A DNA stretch of 64,000 nt, taken from NCBI GenBank assembly GCA_964016885.1, contig OZ024747.1:18538001-18602000 (forward strand), given 5' to 3'. The DNA comes from Eledone cirrhosa (Eukaryota). The notes below the pieces were generated by a model. It did not search any database and was not told the origin of the DNA. It saw nothing but the letters and a program-made list of their open reading frames with translations. The position numbers were made by a program, and so were the translations under genes. Position 1 is the stretch's first letter. The number at the start of each line of letters is the position of its first letter. This document shows positions 55,444 to 64,000 of the stretch, piece by piece.

Positions 55444-56771
55444 AACATCTAGCCTGGATCTATTATCAGCTTGGGGATGGATGGGTGTCGGAGCAATATT
55501 TCGTGTCTTGTCTGTGTCTATTACCAACTTTGCACGGACCTGGACCTACGCGGGAAGTTGATATTAAGGAACCGAGGAAATGGGGGACAGAGTTCATGTT
55601 GTTGTGACAGGTCACATTGTAAAATAAAAACAAAACATGAGAAAACACAATCAACAACAACAATAACATTAACAAAAATATGTCAATTAAGAAAATGGTA
55701 TCTTAAAATCAATTCCATGTGCTACTGCTGCTTAAATCAGGAAGGTGTCAGTGTTGATGTTGATGCTACTGTTGTTATTGTTAAGGAGAGTAGTGGTGGT
55801 GGTGGTAGTAAGGGTGATAGTGTTGGCGTTGCTGCTACTGTTGTTATGGGTAATGATAATGGCGGGGGTAGTAGGGAGGATAGTATTGGTGTTTTTGTAT
55901 AAACCCATGATCAAAGGCGTTCCAGGCACGACCATCTCAAATGTTGTTAGACATTGAGTATACAAAGGCTCACATTATCCAATGAGTTCTACCTTTTTTT
56001 TTTAACACAATAAGTATGATTTGGAGGTGATTTTGGCTGCTATTTCTATTATTGTTGTTGGTAGTAGTGATGCTGTTATTGTTTTTATTCTTGTTGTTAA
56101 TAGGGTTGGTATTGGTAAGGGATGACGCTCTTTGTTGTTACTATCATTGTTTAGCCCCAGGTCAGACATGACTAAGCAGACTCATGATCAAATATGTTTC
56201 TGCTGCAACAGTCCTGCCTTTTTGTAGATGTAGAACTATAGTTTCTGCTGTGTTCTTCCCCTTTTTTAACAGATTGCAGGGTGTAATTTGAGAGTGATTT
56301 GACTGCTATTTCCTACCAAGTCCAGCGATCACGTAGAGGTCAGATCGTGTGATTATGTTGTTGAGGTTGTTGTTGTCGGGGGACAGTGTTGGCATTGATG
56401 GATGTTGTGAGGGGTGATGATGATATTGGTGATGATGGTGGTGGTAGTAGTGCTGCTGTTATTCTTCTTCCCACTTTTTGTACCTTAACTGTCCCCTTTT
56501 CTTCTTCTTCTTCTTCCTCTTCCTCTTCCTCTTCCTCTTCCTCTTCCTCTTCCTCTTCCTCTTCTTCTTCTTCTTCTTCTTCTTCTTCTTCTTCTTCTTC
56601 TTCTTCTTCCCACTTCTACCTTCTGGAATGTGATGTCAACTAGTTCTGCTGTGTCATTATTCATTAATGTAAGCCTAAAAAGACAAGTTCGTTCCTAAGT
56701 AAAGCCGTTCAGTCTTAATTAACATCTGTATGTATGTATGTGTTTGAGTGAGGGGGGGGGGGGGGGAATTT

Positions 56772-57208
56772 GGATACCCTGCGGGATGAAAAACAAAACT
56801 CGTCAAAGGGCGGAGGAACTCAAGAGAGTCAACGGCCATCCACTAATTTTTTTTTTTTTTTTTTTTTTGTGGAACGAGAGACCCCTTAGTCTTCATTAAG
56901 ACATCTCTTTAGGAGAAGGTCACTCTGATATAAAACCTGCGACTTCGTTTGCAGCCAATGATGTAGACCTGTTCTACTTTTCGGGTACATGCATTCGATG
57001 TTCAGAGAGTGGGATTGGCCTCGTGCAAAACCTTTCTTCACTTAAAAAAGCTTCACGCACAGGCATCGCTTGATATTTGACATGTTTTGCGATGCATGGG
57101 ATTGCTGGCCATAAGCAAGTCTCTAGCAGCACTAAAAAGCCACGTCCATGATGCTCATGCTTAAGTATCAAGCGATCGCATTACTCGAAGTCGAGTTACA
57201 GCCATCAT
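56772..57208 (+). mobile_element. Related subfamily of the bipartite RTE derivative
   Basis: AAAACAAAACTCGTCAAAGGGC...TAGGAGAAGGTCACTCTGATATAAAACC...ACTCGAAGTCGAGT then (ATGT)n; sibling at about 50795-51115. Confidence 0.7.
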
Positions 57209-57848
57209 GTATGTATGTATGTTTTTCTTTGTGATTTATTTAAGTTTCATCTTCGTCGAATTCAAGCCAGTCACTAACAAATTGACCAGGCTTCTTTGTT
57301 TTGTCCAAGACTTACAAAAGCATTTGTGAATTTATGTAGGTGTACATAGGGATATACTTGCACTGATGTAACGGGTGTACTGACATCTTCAGTACAGGAG
57401 TGAGTGGATTACTTGGCATGTGTGTGCCATATGCACATATGTGATTGCTTGAATATGTTTATTCCACGAAACTCAGATGGAAAATTGTGGGAATGTTTTA
57501 CCCATTTCCACTATATCACTAATCGATGGAATGTTTTACAAATCTCCACTGTACTACTGTATCGATTAAATTTGGGGGATGTGAGTCACTTTTTTCTCTT
57601 CATTCTTGAAAAATCCCGGCATTTCCAGGCTTTTGTGTAAGTCTATTGTTGCATAGGCCAGTGCATCTATGATAGTTTGCATACATGAGAATCTATAGCA
57701 AGGAAACAATACCTTTAAATTTGCATTGTTTTGCTGTTTTTATTATAATGTTCCAGCAATTCTCCTTAATTTTAAAGGTGTGAGTATACTTTGGTTCTGG
57801 TTTGTCTTTTGTATGACAGCCAGAAGAATCCTTCTAAGTAGTTTTCAC

Positions 57849-58660
57849 AATAATTGTCTCTACTGTAGGCACAAGGCCAGCAATTACCCAGTGCATTACT
57901 GGTACTTTATTTTATCGACCCCGTAAGGATGAAAGGCAAAGTTAACCTCAGACACAAGGCCAGTAATTTGGGAGGAGGGGAAAGTTGATTAAATCGACCT
58001 CAGTACATTACTGGTGCTTCATTTTATCGACCCCGTATGGATGAAAGGCAAAGTTATGCTCGGCGAGATTTGAACTCAGACCGTAAAGGACCGTAACTCT
58101 ATGCTGCAAAGCATGATGTCCGACTTTCTACCGATTACTGCCAATCCACCGCCCTCAGTAGTTTTGACAATAATTGTTTCTACTTTTGGCACAAGGACAG
58201 CTATTACCCCAGGGTATTACTGGTACTTTATTTTATCGACCCCGTAAGGATGAAAGGCAAAGTCAACCTCGGCGGGATTTGAACCCAGAATGGCAAGGGC
58301 CGTAACTCTATGCGTCAAAGCATGGCGTCCGACCCTCTACCGATGCTGCCAATCCACCTTCCAGTTTGGACAATAATTGTTTCTACTTTTGGCATAAGGC
58401 CAACAAATACCCAGTGCATTACTGGTACTTTATTTTATCGACCCCGTAAGGATGAAAGGCAAAGTTTGGACAATAATGTCATGTCTTACGTTAAAGTAAT
58501 ACCTTGCAGAGGCGGCGAATTAGTAGTCGTTAGAACATCAGATAGAATGCTTTGCAGTATTCGTTTCGAATCTCCGCTCTCTGAGTTCAAATTCTGTCGA
58601 GGTTAACTTGGCCTTTCATCTATTTAAGGTCGATAAAAAAAGTACCAGTCTTGTACTAGA
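57849..58660. mobile_element. SINE cluster (four minus-strand pieces plus one plus-strand copy)
   Basis: 57849-57950, 57951-58153, 58169-58359 and 58372-58465 (minus); 58509-58660 (plus). Confidence 0.88.
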
Positions 58661-59904
58661 GAGGGTTTTTTTCTCTACATCTCTTTCTCACTTCCATTCT
58701 CTCACTTTCTATCCTTATTTAGAAGAAATCTGCTGTATTAAGACCTGGAGAGATGGGTTTAAAATGCCCTAGAAATATCAATAGAAATGTCAGGAGTTAC
58801 GGGTCAACATACACAGTACCTTATAGATATTTTGGGGCAGCTGAGGATGACGTTTGATATATTTCACATTGGTGTAGTACAATCGACATTTCCTACCACA
58901 ATGTAGAGATTTAGAGGCGTTTTTATCTTTTCTATTGATCAGGTATTTAGTAGTTATTTTCTGTTTCGGAACTGTGAAGACATGTGAAGATATATCAATC
59001 TAGGTGGAATGTGAAGACATGTCAATCTAGGTGGAATGTGAAGTATATAACGCAAGTATAAGAGAAAAAGCTACTATTCTTGTCAATGTTGTTTATATCC
59101 TATAACTTGTGATATATGTAGCCATATATAGCTTTTTATTGATGTGACTTAGTCGGTAAGTCCAACTACCCTTGGCTTACATGGAACAACTGTTCATTTA
59201 GAGTTATTCAACAGCTCCCGAGATAGTATTATCCACCTGTCTTTCCTGTTTTCTAAATAAAAGAGTGTGTGATAGATATTACAGCTTCGAGTTATGGATA
59301 TTTCCTGAATACAGCTTAAGTTTATTGACAACAAAGTTGTGGGTGACATTAATTTCCCTCTCATCTATACACCCTAGATGTCTTAGCATTTCAAAGGGGG
59401 CCTTTTTTAAAGGCGGTGTTGTAATTTGGCTGCTATTTCTGGTTGTCATTCTGTTTCAATATACTACAAAATTAGTTGTGTATGTGTGTATGTGTGTGTG
59501 TGTGTGGCGTGTGTGTGTGTTTGTGTGTTTGTATATGTGGTGTTGAGAGAAAGATTGTGAGAGAGAGACATAGAAATGGTGAAAGATAAACTGTGTATTT
59601 GTGTACGTGTGTGTGAGAGAGAGAGAGAGTGTGTGTGTGTGTGAGAGAGGGTGAGAGTAGAGAGAGAGAGAGTGTGTGTGTGTGTGAAAGAGTGGGAGGA
59701 ATGGATTAGTTTGTACTTTTAAACTTAGTACGAAAGAGGAACCCGTTTCATATTTCACTTTTTCTTCATTTTCCTTTCTATCAATTAATCTATTTTATCT
59801 CTCTCTTCTTTCAATTAAGATATCGTTGATGCGATGCTTTATTTATAACCTCGGAGCCGATTTATCTCCTTCCACCACATAACAGTGGATATATAATTGG
59901 ACGT

Positions 59905-60120
59905 AAGGCAGTGAATTACAGGCTCAATATTTCTTTCGGTCCACTCCGCTCTGAGTTCAAGTCCTGCCGAGGTTAACTTACCTTTCAATCTTTCGAGGTC
60001 GATAAATAAAGTACCAGTCCAGTACTAGAGTCGATCCTTTCTCTGGAAAAAAAAAATCAGCGATGTTCCGATCTGAAGAGGGATGGGTTCTGCCAGATAT
60101 CCCATATGTCAAGAGGACAC
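59905..60120 (+). mobile_element. SINE with alternative tail
   Basis: GAGTTCAAGTCCTGCCGAGGTTAAC...GGTCGATAAATAAAGTACCAGT. Confidence 0.7.
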
Positions 60121-60923
60121 CCTCTACGACCCCATCATTAGTTAAGGGCCCGTTATCTTATAATCGGACGTATTTGTGTATTTATGTATTTATGTAGTAG
60201 GTGTCCCTCAGTATAGAAATTGAATTTTTTTTTTAATTATGATTAATTTCTTAAAATTATCTCCTCTTCTCTCCGAGACTTTTTAACGATTGCCGCTAGG
60301 TTTTTGCTTTATTTCTTTAATTAATAAACAAGGGGGTATTAGATACCTTTATTAGTCTGTCATGGTTTACTAGCTCTATACGGACGTTTTGATTAAGTAA
60401 ATAAATAAACAAATACAATAGACTACTTGAAGTCCAATATGCACAGATGAAGACCTAATGCTGACCTTAAATAAAAATAAATAAACGTAAAGGTCTTGTA
60501 TTTTAGGTGGGAAATTAATATATAATTGGCTATTACAACCATTTTATCCTTTTTCCTTCGTAAAATCTTCCAGTAGCCCCCCCCCCCCTTCAGCCACACC
60601 CAGTACAAAAATAAAAACGTTTTAGCAATGTGAAAATTGTATTTTCTTTTTTTTATTTCAGCGTTCAGTACCCATAAACGAACGTTTATTTTAAAAAAAA
60701 ATTTACTTTGTTCACGTAAATGTTTTTTGTAACCCCGAAGTTTATAGAGGACAGTATAGACATAGTTCGTTCTGATGTCATTTATGAGATATAATACTGA
60801 TGTAATAACTAGAAAGACTTGCGTACTTTTAAGAGCAATTGCACTGTAGTGTTATCCTTGTAGTGATGGTAGAAGTGATAATGGTAGTAGTAGTAGTAGT
60901 AGTAGTAATAGTAGTAGTAATAA

Positions 60924-60961
<38 letters not shown>

Positions 60962-61206
60962 AGTAGTAGTAGTAGTGGTGGTGGTGGTGGTGGTGGTGGT
61001 AGTAGTAGTAGGCGTTATAAATTTCAAATTAATTATGTAATTATCCTTTTATGTTAAATGAATAATAAGAATTCAAAGATGTGTGTGTGTGTATGTGTAA
61101 GTATGTTGCCTGAACCAGTTCTTTGATTCAAAAGTGAAAGTTGTAATTAAATATGTTCTGCCTTTTCGTCGTGGTTATTAGGTACACACATAAATAAATA
61201 AAGGAA

Positions 61207-61269
<63 letters not shown>

Positions 61270-62087
61270 TTGATTTTTATTTCTTAATCAACAATCGCTG
61301 CTTCCTGTGCTCGGTAATTTGGAAGGCAAACTTCGCCCATAACGATCAGCCGGATAAGCTTTGCTGCCATAAAATCTTTTTCTAGTTTAATAAGGATGAA
61401 AACACATCGCGTCTCCTTTCTTTTACTTTGCTAAAGGACAAATATCACTGATGTGTGAAAACTTAAAATCTTTGTAATATAATATAACATTCTTATTAGA
61501 AGTAGTTCAGGAAGAACTATAGAATTCCAATACATATATCGTTGAAACATATAAGCTAAATATTTATACCCATAAAAGAGGAAATTTAGCATTCCACAAT
61601 GTAACAGTGCATATTCCCAATTACACAATTACACAATATCATATCACAGTCACGGAGCATGGACACGATGTACTGGATGTATAAATATAGATTTATTAAG
61701 GGTGTTGCTTAGAACATGATCTACCCAGACTGAGCAGGCCTATGACCAGTTATTCCATTCCAGTTACTTCCATCCACGGCTGTGCGTTGTGTCCTTTAGA
61801 AAGGGATTTTATTTTACTTTATATCTGTAATTTAATGAACCAACATTGTCACACTCCGCTGAATCTTCCTGAGAATTATGTTAAGAGTCAGCCACTTGCA
61901 AGTTAATTTCATGAGCAAGCTTCCGTTGATCGAATCAACTGGAACACTCGTTGTCGGAATCACCGGTGGTTTAACATACACGTACATATAAGGTGGTCGA
62001 ACATTGGATATTTGTTCCGGGTTCTGAATTTAAATTGGGTTTGATATTGAAGCTAATAGCCTAGTGCCAGTGCCGGATTTAGGACAA

Positions 62088-62236
62088 ATGAGGCCCTGTG
62101 CTAGTTACGTTATGTGGCCCAAAACATTTGAAAAATTCATTGTAAAAATTGTTTTTGGCACCAAGATGGGCCCCATCCTAGTCAACGGGTCCCTGTGTTT
62201 AAGCACACCTAAGCACAATGGTAAATCCGACACTGC
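62088..62236 (+). mobile_element. hAT-like MITE
   Basis: TIRs CAGTGCCGGATTTA / TAAATCCGACACTG. Confidence 0.75.
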
Positions 62237-62399
62237 CCAATGTTGGTTCAATCCTCTCCCTTTACAGCTGTCAGATCCAAGATGTTCCGCTGGTTCAAGG
62301 GAAGGTGCCTGTGAGAGGGCGTCTAAGTCTGTTTACGATGTATGAACACCCGAAACTGCGAAAGTATACTACGATTTTAGTCTTCAAATTTATTATTAT

Positions 62400-62436
<37 letters not shown>

Positions 62437-63237
62437 TACCCTTCCAGAACTACCCATATATATATATTTATATAGATAGATAGATACAATCTGGTACGTG
62501 AAGAGAAAATTATACACTTCACTCCTTTTTGAATACATTTTAAGAGAAAAAAATTGCAAACATACACAGGGACTAGCGCCAAGTAAAACAACAAATACGG
62601 AAAGAGAGAGAGAGACGGACACATACATAATCAAATAAAACTGGCAGACGATATACTCAAGTTTAAAAAAAATAAAGATGCACGATAATAATTTAATCAT
62701 GTGTAATGTTGATATTTTCTTTATCTCCAGACCAATATGACGTCAGATGTTAACAAAGAACTATGCACTGGTTTGTCTCGGAGACGTTTAATTATCATTA
62801 TTACATAATTGAATTCAGCGCCCGTTTTCAAAGTGACATGCTGGGGGAATTTCTTGCCTGGTTAAGTTTTGTCTCTCTGTATCACCTTGCCTCTACTCGG
62901 CTCTTTCTTTCCCCCGCACTGTTGGTATCTATATCTCTTAGTCTCTTTCTATTTCCCTGTGTATGTCTCTCTCTGCCTCGATATTTCACTGTTCCTCTCC
63001 CTTTACGCATCCCCTCTTTCTATCTGCATGCTTCCCCGTGTATATATCTCTCTCTCTCTCTTTTGTCGAATCTCTTGACGATATATAAAGACCACGAGTC
63101 AACAAGTCAAATCCTTTACGTGTTCGCTGGATCTGTTAAATAAAACAAACCTCATACATCCTAAAATGGAAGGAGACATCGGATAATAGGTTTTACAAAT
63201 AAACTATTTTTGTTGCAAGTTTATTTACATACAATGG

Positions 63238-63449
63238 TTTCTGCTTTAGGCACAAGGCCAACAATTTTTGAGGAGGGGGAAAGTCGAATACATCGACCCC
63301 AGTGTGTTACTGGTAATTTATTTTAAGACCCTGTAAGGATGAAAGGCAAAGTCAACCTCGGTGGGATTTGAATTCAGAACGTAAAGGGACGTAACTCTAT
63401 GCTGCGAAGCATGGTGTCCGACGCTCTACCGATTCTGCCAATCCACCGT
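63238..63449 (-). mobile_element. Main-family SINE
   Basis: Homology to other copies. Confidence 0.85.
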
Positions 63450-63600
63450 CCCTGAAGGCATGAAAGGTTTAGTATTAATTAGCAATAGCACTAACACAGT
63501 GTGATTAAGAATAAAGGATTATATGAACCAATATGTTTAACCAGTATTAAGCATTACTTCCCAAAGATTATAGACACACACACACACACGTGTGTGTATG

Positions 63601-63648
<48 letters not shown>

Positions 63649-63654
<6 letters not shown>

Positions 63655-63835
63655 ATTAAATAAATGGAAACTATATTTATAAAACCATATTTATTTCATT
63701 ATATATATTTCAGGGATATCATATTAACAATATGCTATGCCTTCCTCAGACAAAATACAATATGATATCCCTGAAATATATATAATGAAATAAATATGGT
63801 TTTATAAATATAGTTTCCATTTATTTAATATTGTA
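63649..63835 (-). mobile_element. Sibling of the 41679 element: hammerhead plus fold-back
   Basis: HHR on the minus strand at about 63693-63756 (TCCTCAG at 63743); inverted arm from about 63759; (TA)n on the left. Confidence 0.85.
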
Positions 63836-63921
63836 AATATACTCCAAATATTTGTCGAGTGCTTTTATATCAGTTATAAATATTTACTAGTTGTAACCCA
63901 ACAATTTAAATATAACTTTCC

Positions 63922-64000
<79 letters not shown>

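Overview
AT-rich, repeat-dominated animal genomic DNA. The tRNA-derived SINEs and dense (TA)n/(CA)n/(GA)n microsatellites resemble an octopod cephalopod (inference). No intact protein-coding gene is recognisable. Nearly all ORFs in the track are microsatellite artefacts, and the real coding remnants come from RTE-clade LINEs, a Tigger/pogo transposase and a probable L1/Tx1-like 3' end. The main signal is non-coding. At 1151-7458 a 310-bp unit carrying a complete minimal type I hammerhead ribozyme (HHR) is repeated about 10 times on the minus strand and about 10 times on the plus strand. The result is a 6.3-kb head-to-head inverted retrozyme-like array with both ends in (TA)n. Several unrelated short families elsewhere in the window show the same design: a minimal HHR with a palindromic stem III, usually a 5'-to-5' fold-back palindrome, next to (TA)n. 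This suggests a shared Penelope-like/retrozyme mobilisation route. All folds and alignments were done by eye and none has been verified computationally.
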